64,000 nucleotides of DNA from Eubacteriales bacterium (GCA_050953105.1 JBMNMA010000001.1:401983-465982), one strand, 5' to 3'. Positions 36,762-46,485 are shown, counted from the stretch's first letter. The notes: a model not told the origin generated them from the letters alone. Translations and numbers: made by a program.

Positions 36762-37625
36762 ATGAAAATCAAAAAGCTGTTAATTTTGGTTCTCTGCTTT
36801 GTGTTGGTGGCATCGTTCCTTGTTTCCTGCAAGGACGAAGGCGAAGACAAAAGCACCCCCGACGCAACCAGCCACGCCAGCGAACTTAATATCGCCGGCA
36901 AAACCCCCGAAGTAGCTCTTAAGATGGCCCTTGAAATCTTAGAAATGAAGAAAAACTACACCCTGGACATGGTCGCAAACATTGAAATGACCTTTGGAGA
37001 TCAGAAGGTCGAAATGGAAATGGACATCGTAAGCAAGTACGACCTGTCCGACGAAAACAACATTAAGTTTTCCGTTGCAACCTCTCTTGACACCGGTTAT
37101 GGCGAAACTACCAGCGTAATCGCCTGCCTTGACGGCTATTACTATGCTATGGAAGTAAAAGCCCCCGTTACCAAAGAGCAAGCGGCTGAGGTTTATAAAG
37201 ATGAAGGCAATTTTGCCGAAATCCTCGATGCCGAGTTGTTTAACACCATTAACAAAACCAACAACGAAGACGGCTCTGTCGTTATAACAGTTTCCGGACT
37301 CAAAGCCGAGGGCGAAAACGAGAAACTTGACTCCCTGTATCAAATGCTCGGTCTGTATGGCCCGGGAACAGAAATCAAGGATTTCAACATTACCTTAAAA
37401 GTAAACAAAGACGGTATTATAACCGAACTGGTTATAGTTATTGACGTTCATATGGAAGAAGGCGAAGCCGGTAGTTTTGATGAAAAAGTTACCTTAACCG
37501 GCACCTTTAAGGATTTCGGCACCACCACAGTTACAGCTCCCGAAGGCGCTGACCAATATGACGAAGTTGAATTTTCCGACATATTCGGCGACTTCGACTT
37601 TGATGACTTAAGCTGGGAAGACTGA
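36762..37625 (+). CDS. Lipoprotein of unknown function (acidic; distant paralog of 37756 and 23182 products)
   Basis: Lipobox FLVSCKD, AGGAG RBS, own promoter and terminator. Confidence 0.75.
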   Translation: MKIKKLLILVLCFVLVASFLVSCKDEGEDKSTPDATSHASELNIAGKTPEVALKMALEILEMKKNYTLDMVANIEMTFGDQKVEMEMDIVSKYDLSDENNIKFSVATSLDTGYGETTSVIACLDGYYYAMEVKAPVTKEQAAEVYKDEGNFAEILDAELFNTINKTNNEDGSVVITVSGLKAEGENEKLDSLYQMLGLYGPGTEIKDFNITLKVNKDGIITELVIVIDVHMEEGEAGSFDEKVTLTGTFKDFGTTTVTAPEGADQYDEVEFSDIFGDFDFDDLSWED

Positions 37626-37644
37626 TTTAAAGTTTTAAGACTAC

Positions 37645-37677
37645 GGGGCGGACATTTGTCCGCCCCCTTTATTTTTA
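37645..37677 (+). terminator. Rho-independent terminator
   Basis: ggggcggac-attt-gtccgcccc followed by ctttattttt. Confidence 0.85.
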
Positions 37678-37692
37678 TGGTAAATATTTATG

Positions 37693-37721
37693 TTGACAAA
37701 GAAATATTATTAATGTATAAT
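37693..37721 (+). promoter_or_regulatory. Sigma-A promoter for lipoprotein gene 37756
   Basis: TTGACA, 17-nt spacer, TATAAT. Confidence 0.7.
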
Positions 37722-37755
37722 TGACTTAAATTAGTGCCGGGAAGGATAATGCGAA

Positions 37756-38907
37756 ATGAGAAAACTGATAATATTACTTCTTTCGTTGGCTGTTGTATCC
37801 TTTATCTTGGTTGCCTGCGGCAAGGGAGACAACGACACCAGCAGCGGTCAAAGCAGCGTTGTGTCTGAACAGTCAAGCAGCACTCCAAGCGATACGACAA
37901 GCACGGGGACTGACGAATCATCCCTGAATCAGGATAGCTCGGCCGATATAACCGACGAAAGCTCCGAAGTGTCTGACGACAGTTCGGAAGCAACTTCCGA
38001 AGAAACCACGACGGAAAGCTCGGCGGAAAGTTCCATAGAAAGCTCGGAGGAAAGCATTCCTTCCAGTGAACCCGAACCATCCAGTGAACCTGAACCCTCA
38101 AGCGAACCCGAACCTTCGAGCCAGCCTGAACCTTCAAGCCAGCCTGAAACTTCAAGCAAGCCTGAAGAATCCTCCCAACCGGAAGAATCCTCCGAATCCG
38201 AGGAAAGAAAATTGCAGGGCATGAACGCTTCCGAGCTGTTAACCTATGCCTACAACAAAAACGCTGCGCTTGACTCATTTACGGCTAAAACCACCAACGA
38301 AATGAAGTTTACATATGCGGGGCAGAACGGCACCTATAAATTTACCTCCACCGTAAAGGTGCAGGGTTTAACCGGCTCCACCCCCAAAACCATATGCGAC
38401 ATAACCAAGATACTTGACGACAGCTCCACCACCATAAACGAAGTATTCACCAACGGTTATTTATACAAAAAGCAGGAATCCAAAAAGCTTAAATACAAAA
38501 CCACTCTTACCCAGCTTAAAGCTTCTCTGGCCAATAGCATAGGCATAGTGGAAGGGTTAAATTCAAGCGTATTTACCTCCCTTAAGAAGTCCACCGCCAG
38601 CGACGGCTGGACGGTAACCGGAACCGGGCTTGTAAGCAGCAAGGCAAAAACCATACTTAACAACATAAGCGAATCGGTTGCTTTAGGCGTCACCGCCGAT
38701 GAAATGACCCTTGAAAGCTTTACCGTCAACACCAATATAAACAAGCAGGGTTATATCACCCTTCAGACCACATCCTGCACTTTCTCGGTTAAGTATGCCG
38801 GTGTTACCCTTAAGTTTACCATCACCAACCGCACCGAATACTCCGCTCTCAATACCACCACCGTCAGCATAAATATTAACCCCAACGAATACACCGAGGT
38901 TAAGTAA
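37756..38907 (+). CDS. Lipoprotein with long Ser/Glu/Pro-rich linker and C-terminal LolA-like/DUF domain
   Basis: Lipobox FILVACGKG, about 130 aa of low-complexity S/E/T/P, then a globular domain. Confidence 0.75.
   Translation: MRKLIILLLSLAVVSFILVACGKGDNDTSSGQSSVVSEQSSSTPSDTTSTGTDESSLNQDSSADITDESSEVSDDSSEATSEETTTESSAESSIESSEESIPSSEPEPSSEPEPSSEPEPSSQPEPSSQPETSSKPEESSQPEESSESEERKLQGMNASELLTYAYNKNAALDSFTAKTTNEMKFTYAGQNGTYKFTSTVKVQGLTGSTPKTICDITKILDDSSTTINEVFTNGYLYKKQESKKLKYKTTLTQLKASLANSIGIVEGLNSSVFTSLKKSTASDGWTVTGTGLVSSKAKTILNNISESVALGVTADEMTLESFTVNTNINKQGYITLQTTSCTFSVKYAGVTLKFTITNRTEYSALNTTTVSININPNEYTEVK
38062..38205 (+). repeat. Eight in-frame 18-bp tandem units encoding (S-S-E/Q/K-P-E-P/T/E)n
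   Basis: The units are tccagtgaacccgaacca, tccagtgaacctgaaccc, tcaagcgaacccgaacct, tcgagccagcctgaacct, tcaagccagcctgaaact, tcaagcaagcctgaagaa, tcctcccaaccggaagaa and tcctccgaatccgaggaa. Confidence 0.85.
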
Positions 38908-38918
38908 AAACAAACAAT

Positions 38919-38950
38919 AAAAAGCCTTCCCCAAGCGGGAAGGCTTTTTA
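38919..38950 (+). terminator. Rho-independent terminator
   Basis: aaaagccttccc-caagc-gggaaggctttt. Confidence 0.85.
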
Positions 38951-39030
38951 TGCTTTTGTATTCAAATATATATTGAATATTATTTATTTTTGTGTTATTA
39001 TTATTCCATAATTTTTTTGGAAGGTTTATT

Positions 39031-39798
39031 ATGAAAGCTTATAAAGTACTGGAATGGCTTATCTCCCTTTCCGATATTAAATCAAACCCCACGGTTGACA
39101 CAATAAAGGAAGGAAATCCGGATAAAGAGGTAAAGCGGGTTGCGGTATGCTTTATTGCCACGCCCGACGTTATAAAAGCTGCCTATGACTGGGGCGCCGA
39201 TATGCTAATAACCCACGAACCCACCTACCATGACCACTATGATTCCTTTGAGGGTAACCCGGTGCTTTTAGAAAAGAAAAGACTAATCGAATCAACCGGT
39301 ATGGTGGTGGCCCGCTATCACGACCATGCCCACACCATGAACCCAGATATTATCCATTACGGCTTTTTAAATACATTGGACCTTGATTTTGAAATTACCC
39401 AAAGGCGAATGATAAACCTTAAAAACCCCATTACCCCCTATAATCTGGCAAGGCTTATAGAGGAAAAAAACGGGGTAAAGCATGTGCGTATTGTGGGCAA
39501 AACAGACTTTGAAGCCAGCCGACTTGCGTTATTTTTAGGTGCCTGCGGTGATATAAGCCATATTCCCTTAAAGGATGGTCTGGCGGACATTTCAATCTGC
39601 GGCGAGGTGTGCGAATGGAAATGCTGCGAATATGTAAGGGATGCTTCCCAGCTTGGACGCAATATGGCCATGCTTATACTGGGACACGTTGGCAGCGAAA
39701 GGGACGGCATGAAGCTTGTGGCCGATAAAATAAACAATGAGCTTGGCATTGAGGCGAAATACCTCGAATGCGGGGAAGTTTACTCATATACCGACTGA
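39031..39798 (+). CDS. Nif3-like metal-binding protein (second, divergent paralog)
   Basis: MLITHEPTYHDH, ICGEVCEW, LGHVGSE motifs. ATG 39031 follows GGAAGG. Confidence 0.7.
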   Translation: MKAYKVLEWLISLSDIKSNPTVDTIKEGNPDKEVKRVAVCFIATPDVIKAAYDWGADMLITHEPTYHDHYDSFEGNPVLLEKKRLIESTGMVVARYHDHAHTMNPDIIHYGFLNTLDLDFEITQRRMINLKNPITPYNLARLIEEKNGVKHVRIVGKTDFEASRLALFLGACGDISHIPLKDGLADISICGEVCEWKCCEYVRDASQLGRNMAMLILGHVGSERDGMKLVADKINNELGIEAKYLECGEVYSYTD

Positions 39799-39817
39799 AA
39801 ATGAAAGGGAGTGAATT

Positions 39818-40870
39818 ATGATACACATTGCTATAATGGGAATGGGCGTGGTCGGAGGAGGACTGGCCGACGCCATATTGAAAAATAACGAAATAGTAAA
39901 AAATCTGCTGGGTGATGAGCTTAATATAAAATATATCCTTGACCGGCGGTCTTTTCCGGGACATCCCCTTGAAAACCGGGTTGTGGGCGACATTAATGTT
40001 ATATTAAATGACCCAGAGGTTTCGGTGGTGGCCGAAACCATGGGCGGTGATAATCCGGCCTATGATTTCACCCTTGCCTGCCTTAAGGCGGGAAAGTCGG
40101 TGGTTTCATCCAACAAGCTGGTTGTTGAAAAATACGGCAGAGAACTAGAGAAGGAAGCTATAAAAAACAATGTCAGCTACCTGTATGAGGCCTCCGCCGG
40201 TGGCGGAATCCCCCTTATCCACCCCCTTGTTCATTGTCTGTCGGCTAATAAAATAACAAAAATAGCAGGTATTTTAAACGGCACCACCAATTATATCTTA
40301 AACAGAATGGAAACCGACGGAATTTCCTTTGACGAAGCCCTTGCCGACGCAAAACGCTTAGGTTATGCCGAGGCCAATCCCGACGCAGATGTTTTGGGCT
40401 TTGATACCGCAAGAAAGATAGCCATTCTTGCCTCGGTATGCTTTGGAAGTTATTTCAGCCTTGAGGATTTGGCGGAAATTGAGGGTATAACCCATATCAC
40501 CAAAGAGCAGATAGAATACGCCGGCAGTTTGGGATATAAATTAAAGCTCCTTGGGGTTGCCGAGCAAAACGGAAACGACGAGGTTACGCTGTTTGTCAAG
40601 CCCTGTTTGGTATCCAGGGAAAAACTGCTTTACGGGGTAAACGGGGTGTTCAACTGTGTGCTGGCCACCGGAAATCTGGTGGGCGAAGTTGGTTTCTACG
40701 GCCACGGAGCCGGAGGACTTGCCACCGCATCGGCGGTGCTTTCGGACATTATTGAAGCGGTAAAAATTAAAACTCCGCCTTTGTCAAAGCCTAATCATAA
40801 AACCGTTGTCAAAAACCTTGATTTGTCCGACAGTATCGACATTCTGGGCGTCAAATATCCGATAATTTAA
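39818..40870 (+). CDS. hom: Homoserine dehydrogenase (no C-terminal ACT domain)
   Basis: IAIMGMGVVGGG Rossmann motif, YEASAGGGIPLI, ILNGTTNYIL, LGYAEANP. Confidence 0.9.
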   Translation: MIHIAIMGMGVVGGGLADAILKNNEIVKNLLGDELNIKYILDRRSFPGHPLENRVVGDINVILNDPEVSVVAETMGGDNPAYDFTLACLKAGKSVVSSNKLVVEKYGRELEKEAIKNNVSYLYEASAGGGIPLIHPLVHCLSANKITKIAGILNGTTNYILNRMETDGISFDEALADAKRLGYAEANPDADVLGFDTARKIAILASVCFGSYFSLEDLAEIEGITHITKEQIEYAGSLGYKLKLLGVAEQNGNDEVTLFVKPCLVSREKLLYGVNGVFNCVLATGNLVGEVGFYGHGAGGLATASAVLSDIIEAVKIKTPPLSKPNHKTVVKNLDLSDSIDILGVKYPII

Positions 40871-40883
40871 TACAAAACTCCAT

Positions 40884-40909
40884 AAGCCGGTTTTATACCG
40901 GCTTTTTTA
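40884..40909 (+). terminator. Rho-independent terminator after hom
   Basis: aagccggt-tttat-accggctt followed by ttttt. Confidence 0.8.
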
Positions 40910-40964
40910 TTTATAACCCGGCGGGTGAAGCCAGCATAAACTGAAAAATGTAAATAAAAGCGGG

Positions 40965-42260
40965 GTGTATGATATGATAATACATATAGTCAAGCCGGGA
41001 GAAACGCTATATTCCATTGCCCGTGAATACGGCGTTTCGGTAGAGGTGCTGGCTATTAACAATTCGGTGTCGGACCCGGAAAGGCTGGCGGTGGGGCAGT
41101 CGATTGCGGTGGTTATACCCACTGTTGTCCACACCGTTCAGCCGGGGGACACCCTTGTGTCCATAGCCAACGATTACGGCACCACATTAAACCAGCTATT
41201 TAAAAACAACCTTATTTTAAAAGGGCGGACGGATATTTTTGAGGGGCAGACAATTATTATCTACATTGACCGGGAACCGGTGGGGTCGTTTCAGCTTGGC
41301 GGTTACGCCTATCCCTTTATAACCGAGGAGCTTTTAAATTTGTCCCTTCCCTTTATGAACTACCTTATGCCCTTTACCTATGGCTTTACCCTGACAGGGG
41401 AACTTATACCCCTTGATGATGAGGCCATGATAAACCGGGCCCGTGTCTACGGCACCCGTCCGGTGCTTCACCTTTCCACCCTTGACGAAAACGACGTGTT
41501 TTCCACCGAAAACGCCACCTATTTGCTTGATAACCGTCAGCTTTGGGACGTGCTGCTCGGAAACCTTATTAATACCATGCAAAGCAAAGGTTATTTTGCC
41601 CTGGATGTGGATTTTGAATTTTTGGGTAAGGAAAACGCCCAGAAATATGTGGAATTCGTTACTTTTCTGCGGGAACGCTTAAATCCCTTAGGGTATGGCG
41701 TTATTGTCGCTCTTGCCCCCAAAACATCCGACGACCAGCCGGGACTGTTATACGAAGGCCACGACTTTAAAGGGCTTGGCGAGGCGGCCAACGCCGTGCT
41801 GATTATGACCTATGAATGGGGCTACACCTACGGTCCTCCGCTGGCGGTGTCCCCAATACCCAATATGCGCCAGGTGATCGAATATGCCATAACCCGAATT
41901 GATCCTGCCAAAATTTTTGAGGGGATTTCAAACTACGGTTATGATTTCACCCTGCCCTATGTAAAAGGGGAATCGGTGGCCACCTCCCTTTCCACCCGTG
42001 AGGCAATAGACCTTGCCATTGCCACCGGATCTGAGGTTATGTATGACGAAAACGCCATGGCCCCCTTTTTCTATTACTCAAAAGACGGGCAAAGCCATGT
42101 GGTGTGGTTTGAAGATGCCCGGTCGATAAAGGCAAAACTTGAACTGCTGCCGATCTACGGCTTAAAGGGGGCGCTGTATTGGAACCTTAACCGGGAAAAC
42201 AACCAAAACCTTACGGTTATAAATTCTCTCATAAACCGCTCCCCTGCGTCATTATTATAA
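40965..42260 (+). CDS. Two LysM domains plus a GH18 domain; spore cortex-lytic YaaH/SleL-like hydrolase
   Basis: Two LysM repeats (HIVKPGETLYSIAREYGVS..; HTVQPGDTLVSIANDYGTT..). GH18 catalytic block FALDVDFEF. The start is GTG 40965 or ATG 40974. Confidence 0.85.
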   Translation: MYDMIIHIVKPGETLYSIAREYGVSVEVLAINNSVSDPERLAVGQSIAVVIPTVVHTVQPGDTLVSIANDYGTTLNQLFKNNLILKGRTDIFEGQTIIIYIDREPVGSFQLGGYAYPFITEELLNLSLPFMNYLMPFTYGFTLTGELIPLDDEAMINRARVYGTRPVLHLSTLDENDVFSTENATYLLDNRQLWDVLLGNLINTMQSKGYFALDVDFEFLGKENAQKYVEFVTFLRERLNPLGYGVIVALAPKTSDDQPGLLYEGHDFKGLGEAANAVLIMTYEWGYTYGPPLAVSPIPNMRQVIEYAITRIDPAKIFEGISNYGYDFTLPYVKGESVATSLSTREAIDLAIATGSEVMYDENAMAPFFYYSKDGQSHVVWFEDARSIKAKLELLPIYGLKGALYWNLNRENNQNLTVINSLINRSPASLL

Positions 42261-42327
42261 AGATTGTTCCCCGTTTTTCCGTGACATGCCAAAACAACAA
42301 TAAAAAACAATAAAATTCACACCCCCC

Positions 42328-42361
42328 TTCGACATACGTTTTAGACACGCCGTATTATAAT
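42328..42361 (+). promoter_or_regulatory. Spo0A-dependent-type promoter of spoIIE (0A boxes plus a 21-bp spacer)
   Basis: TTCGACA (reverse 0A box, also a TCGACA -35-like hexamer) at 42328-42334. A second 0A-like TTAGACA at 42341-42347. TATAAT at 42356-42361. The -35-like to -10 spacer is 21 nt. Confidence 0.6.
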
Positions 42362-42392
42362 GCCCACACTAACGGGAAAAGGACGGTTGAAC

Positions 42393-44513
42393 ATGCAGGG
42401 CAGGGCGATTTTAACGGAAAATGTCAAAAAACGGCTTGGGGAACTGTTGTGGGGGGTATTTGCTTTATCCCTTTCTCTATCAGAGGCAAAGTGCGGGGTT
42501 TATCCCTTTGGGCTGGCTTTGCTTTGCGGCTATAACGGAACTCTTTTTCCGGTGTTTGCCGGAGTTTTTGCGGCGGGTTTTATTTTGGGGGAAAACGGAC
42601 TTCATTATTCCCTCCTGGCCATGGTGGCCTTCGGCATAAGATGGCTTGGGGCAAGGAAAGACAAGGGCAACTCCCTGTGGATAAAGCTGACGGCGGCTTT
42701 TATTGTAACGCTGGCGTTAGGGCTTAAGGAATTTACCTTACGAAACGTGCTTTTTGAATCGGCAGCCAGAGCCGGCAGCGTGTTTTCTATTTTACCTTTG
42801 TTTACCCTTTTGTTTTCCCTTGACCTCAAACAAAAAAGGATAACAAGGGAAATTTCCGCCTTAGGCTGGGTATATGCCATAGTCAAGGCAGCATCGGTAT
42901 GGGCGGTGGGCGTGTTTAAGCCCCAGCTTGCCGCGGGGGGATTAATAACGTTGTATTTTGCCCGGGAGTCGGCCTTTTTCGGCGGAATGTGCGGCTTTGC
43001 CGCCGGGATGGCAGCAGGCATAATTTATATGCCGGTGCTGGGGATTGCCGGTCTTGCCTATGGCATATTCTGCGACGAAATGAGGCGTTTTGCCTTGTTT
43101 TTTGCCTCCTCCCTTTCCATATCATCGGGGGTTTACCTTGCCTCATTGTCCGGGGCGTTCCCCGAATTTATATGGGCGCTGGCCGGGTTTTTCATTTTCG
43201 GCATTGTCCGGCCAAGGCTTAAGCCGGTATTAAAGGAGCAGACGGGTAAAAAGGACAAGGCTAGAACCTTAAAAAAGCTGTCGGCGGCTTTTTCCACATT
43301 GTCGGAGGTATTTTACGTTGAAAACCTGCCGCCGCAAAAGTCGGATATATCGGCGGCATTGAAAACCTCCCTGTTTTCTCTTTGCGATAAATGCCGTCAT
43401 TGCGGCGCAAGATGCTCCCTTGACAAATACGATATGGTAAACCACCTTACCGAAATTTCCTGTGGTAATGAGGACGGCCTTCCCGACCATTTTGCCCGGT
43501 TCTGTCCCAATTCCGATCTGCTTGTAGGCAGGGCGTTGTCTTTGGGAAAGGTGAAACGCTCTGAGGGGGAACGGGAGGCAAGGCTGCTTACCGAAGGCTA
43601 TAACTCCATTGCCCGGCTGCTGTGCACGGCGGGAGAAAAAGAAGAGGAGGAGGGAATAAATAACCGGGAGCTTTCAAAAAAAGCCGCAGAGGTGCTAAAA
43701 AAGCTATCAATTCCCTACACCTTTGTGTGTGTAAGGGGAATGAGGGCGTTGAATGTGTCGGTTTACGGCACCGATATGGCAAAGATAAACTGCTCCGGAG
43801 CGGAAATACGGGAAAACCTGTCCAAAGTTCTGGGTAAAAACCTTTCTTTGCCCGAATTTATAAACCGGGAAAACGGCTTTGAAATGATATTGCGCACAAT
43901 CCCCGCCGTCCGGCTTGAGTATGCCAAGGCGGAATCATCAAAGGCCGGGGAACCGGTGTCGGGTGACACCATTGTAACCTTTGAAAGCGACTCCTTGATG
44001 TTTTACTCCCTCCTTGCCGACGGCATGGGTTCGGGAAGGGACGCGGCCTATTCTTCCCGCCTTGCTGCGCTGTTTTTGGAAAAACTGATAACCGCCGGCG
44101 GGGACAAAAAGGAAGCGCTGTGCATGCTAAATAAGCTTTTGCTGGTTAAGAAAAACGAGGTTTACACCACCATAGACCTGCTTGAAATCGACCGGCTGTC
44201 GGGTGCCGCCTGTTTAATAAAAGCCGGCGCTGCCCCAACCTATTTATATCGGGACGGCAAATGCTACAAGCTGGAATCGTCCTCCCCTCCGGCAGGGGTG
44301 ATTGAGGATTTAAAGGTAACCCAGACAAGCCTTAACCTTAAAAAGGGGGACATGCTGGTTATGGTAACCGACGGGGTGGTTCCCAAGGACGGGAATTTAT
44401 ACCTGCCGAAAGACAAAAAAACCGCCTCTGCCTGTGCGGCGGCTATTCTTGAGGAACGAAAGGAATTTGCCTGCCGGGACGATATGTCGGTTTGCGTAAT
44501 ACGGGCGTTTTAA
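42393..44513 (+). CDS. spoIIE: Stage II sporulation protein E (membrane PP2C phosphatase)
   Basis: About 10 TM at the N-terminus. C-terminal PP2C block GDTIVTFESDSLMFYSLLADGMGSG..., ..DGV..DDMSV. ORF-track ATG 42360 overlaps the -10 box, so ATG 42393 is preferred. Confidence 0.88.
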   Translation: MQGRAILTENVKKRLGELLWGVFALSLSLSEAKCGVYPFGLALLCGYNGTLFPVFAGVFAAGFILGENGLHYSLLAMVAFGIRWLGARKDKGNSLWIKLTAAFIVTLALGLKEFTLRNVLFESAARAGSVFSILPLFTLLFSLDLKQKRITREISALGWVYAIVKAASVWAVGVFKPQLAAGGLITLYFARESAFFGGMCGFAAGMAAGIIYMPVLGIAGLAYGIFCDEMRRFALFFASSLSISSGVYLASLSGAFPEFIWALAGFFIFGIVRPRLKPVLKEQTGKKDKARTLKKLSAAFSTLSEVFYVENLPPQKSDISAALKTSLFSLCDKCRHCGARCSLDKYDMVNHLTEISCGNEDGLPDHFARFCPNSDLLVGRALSLGKVKRSEGEREARLLTEGYNSIARLLCTAGEKEEEEGINNRELSKKAAEVLKKLSIPYTFVCVRGMRALNVSVYGTDMAKINCSGAEIRENLSKVLGKNLSLPEFINRENGFEMILRTIPAVRLEYAKAESSKAGEPVSGDTIVTFESDSLMFYSLLADGMGSGRDAAYSSRLAALFLEKLITAGGDKKEALCMLNKLLLVKKNEVYTTIDLLEIDRLSGAACLIKAGAAPTYLYRDGKCYKLESSSPPAGVIEDLKVTQTSLNLKKGDMLVMVTDGVVPKDGNLYLPKDKKTASACAAAILEERKEFACRDDMSVCVIRAF

Positions 44514-44578
44514 TGTTGACTTTTTAATTAGAAGGTGGTAAACTGACCTAAAATCAACACATAAAAGGAAGTAATGAA

Positions 44579-45511
44579 ATGTTGAGGATAGGAACCGTTA
44601 ATATCGATACATCCCACGCTCCTTCATTTGCCGAAATATTTTTAAAAGGCGACAAGGCCCGTTACACCGCCATTTACAACGACGGTTTCCGCACCGATAC
44701 CGATGTGGAAAACTTTATAAAAAAGTTCGGCCTTGAAAAAAGATACTATGACCTTTCGGAAATGGCTAAAAATATCGATATTGCCTTTATCCAGTCCTGC
44801 GACTGGGACAGGCATATCGAGCTTGCCAAACCCTTTGTGGACGCCGGCGTTCCGGTGTTTATAGACAAACCCCTTGTGGGAAATCTGAAGGATATTAAAA
44901 CCATTGAAAAGTGGGCAGCCGAGGGGAAGGTTATTTTAGGCACCTCCGCCATGCGTTATACCTATGAACATGACAACTTTTTTTCCCAGGCAAAGACCGA
45001 GGATATAATTTCCATCACCGCCACCGTGGGGGTTGACGAATTCAACTACGCCATTCACGCCGTGGAGGAAATTATGGGCTTTATGGGGGACGTTAATCCG
45101 GTTTCAACCCGGTTTATCGGCACCAACGTGGCGGGCGAGAAAAAGGTTGAAGTTGATTCCTACCGGGTCATGTTTGAAAACGGGGTTTCTGCCTATTATC
45201 ATATATGTAAAAAGGGCTGGCAGCCTTCCACCGCCGTTGTCATGTGCAGAAAAACCACCTTTGTGTATAAAATCGATTCAAGCAAGGTTTACGAAGCAAT
45301 GCTTAACCGCCTTTACGATTACTTTGACGGCGACAAAACCCGCCTTGCCGGTGTTAAAAGCATGTGCGACTCTGTCCGCATTATGCTTGCGGGACGTAAA
45401 TCAAAGCTTACCGGCGGCAATGATGTCAGCCTTTGCGACCTTGCCGAAGAGGACGGCGGCTTTGACGGGCTTGAATTTTACCACCTTTATAAAACACAAA
45501 ACGGCTATTAA
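44579..45511 (+). CDS. Gfo/Idh/MocA-like oxidoreductase-fold protein (atypical N-terminal nucleotide motif)
   Basis: LRIGTVNIDTSHA instead of GxGxxG, and the FIDKPL (EKP-like) motif. Tentative call. Confidence 0.45.
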   Translation: MLRIGTVNIDTSHAPSFAEIFLKGDKARYTAIYNDGFRTDTDVENFIKKFGLEKRYYDLSEMAKNIDIAFIQSCDWDRHIELAKPFVDAGVPVFIDKPLVGNLKDIKTIEKWAAEGKVILGTSAMRYTYEHDNFFSQAKTEDIISITATVGVDEFNYAIHAVEEIMGFMGDVNPVSTRFIGTNVAGEKKVEVDSYRVMFENGVSAYYHICKKGWQPSTAVVMCRKTTFVYKIDSSKVYEAMLNRLYDYFDGDKTRLAGVKSMCDSVRIMLAGRKSKLTGGNDVSLCDLAEEDGGFDGLEFYHLYKTQNGY

Positions 45512-45521
45512 TATAAAACAA

Positions 45522-45555
45522 TCACCCCCGGTTTACGGGGGTGAATTTTTGTTTT
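45522..45555. terminator. Bidirectional terminator
   Basis: tcacccccg-gtttac-gggggtga followed by atttttgtttt. Confidence 0.8.
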
Positions 45556-45562
45556 AATGGTT

Positions 45563-46357
45563 TTACGGAGCAATCTGTCCGGATTGCGGTTCTTTTACTT
45601 TATTTAGCTTTTTAATCTCATGCTTTTTAATGATGTAAAACATTATGGAAACAGTAAAGCATATAGCGGCAAATAAAAGGTAGTTTTGATATAGCGCATC
45701 ACCGGCAAGGGGGAGTGCCCCGTAGTAAACCCCTCCTAATATTTTTAAGATCAGCATATCATTGGATACCATGCCGGTACTTTCAGCAATATATGAAGCA
45801 AACGTATAATAGCTTGCCAAAACTATGTTTATTACTATATACACATAAGCCAGATAAACAAACGACAAAACGGGGGTTAATATCTTTATCTTCCATAGCT
45901 TTTTACGTTTTATTACGGACTTTTCTGTCAAAACCACGTCGATTATAATTGAAATAACAAGGGACAACGGGACAAGAAGGCAAAAAACGGCCGGAACTGT
46001 ATCTCCGTCTTTGACCATTCTCTTTGCAAATCCGGCAATTTCGCTAATATTTAAGAAAATGCCGATTATAAGAATCAACACACCCAAAAGCTGAAAAACA
46101 AGGGCTAACACGCCGTAACGATTGGCTATTTTACTTACCGGCGGCGTTTGATCTAACTCTGACGGGGGAGAAACTTCGGTTTCGAGTTCAACCGGAATTT
46201 CGCCTGTCTGGCTTTCGTCAATTTCGATTACAATTGTGGCTTGGGATTGGTTTTCGGCTGTGTCGTCCGGTGAAGGCGGATTTTCAACACCCATGCCGCA
46301 GCAGGGGCAGAATTTAATTCCGTCTGGAATGCTTTCTCCGCAGTGGGGGCAGTTCAT
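45563..46357 (-). CDS. Zinc-ribbon domain membrane protein
   Basis: MNCPHCGESIPDGIKFCPCCG, an acidic/Pro linker, then 5-6 TM. ATG 46357 follows AAGGAGGG. ORF-track start 46381 has no RBS. Confidence 0.7.
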   Translation of the reverse strand: MNCPHCGESIPDGIKFCPCCGMGVENPPSPDDTAENQSQATIVIEIDESQTGEIPVELETEVSPPSELDQTPPVSKIANRYGVLALVFQLLGVLILIIGIFLNISEIAGFAKRMVKDGDTVPAVFCLLVPLSLVISIIIDVVLTEKSVIKRKKLWKIKILTPVLSFVYLAYVYIVINIVLASYYTFASYIAESTGMVSNDMLILKILGGVYYGALPLAGDALYQNYLLFAAICFTVSIMFYIIKKHEIKKLNKVKEPQSGQIAP

Positions 46358-46453
46358 ATATACCCTCCTTAAATTTGCCATAAATTGCTTGTGTTCATAT
46401 TACCATCGGGGAAGGGCTTTGTCAAGCAAAAGCCTAAAATACGCCAATATATG

Positions 46454-46482
46454 AAAAAAACCGCAGCTGACTGCGGCTTTTT
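46454..46482 (-). terminator. Rho-independent terminator after the antiporter gene
   Basis: Minus strand reads aaaaagccgcag-tcag-ctgcggttttttt. Confidence 0.8.
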
Positions 46483-46485
46483 GGT

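Noticed and set aside
37802-38278. A 158-aa minus-strand ORF and a 97-aa ORF opposite the lipoprotein linker. I also considered the periodic 18-bp repeats as a possible CRISPR or other array.
   Set aside because: The repeats are contiguous with no spacers, in frame, and encode an S/E/P linker of a lipoprotein with a clear lipobox. The antisense ORFs are artefacts of the low-complexity repeat.
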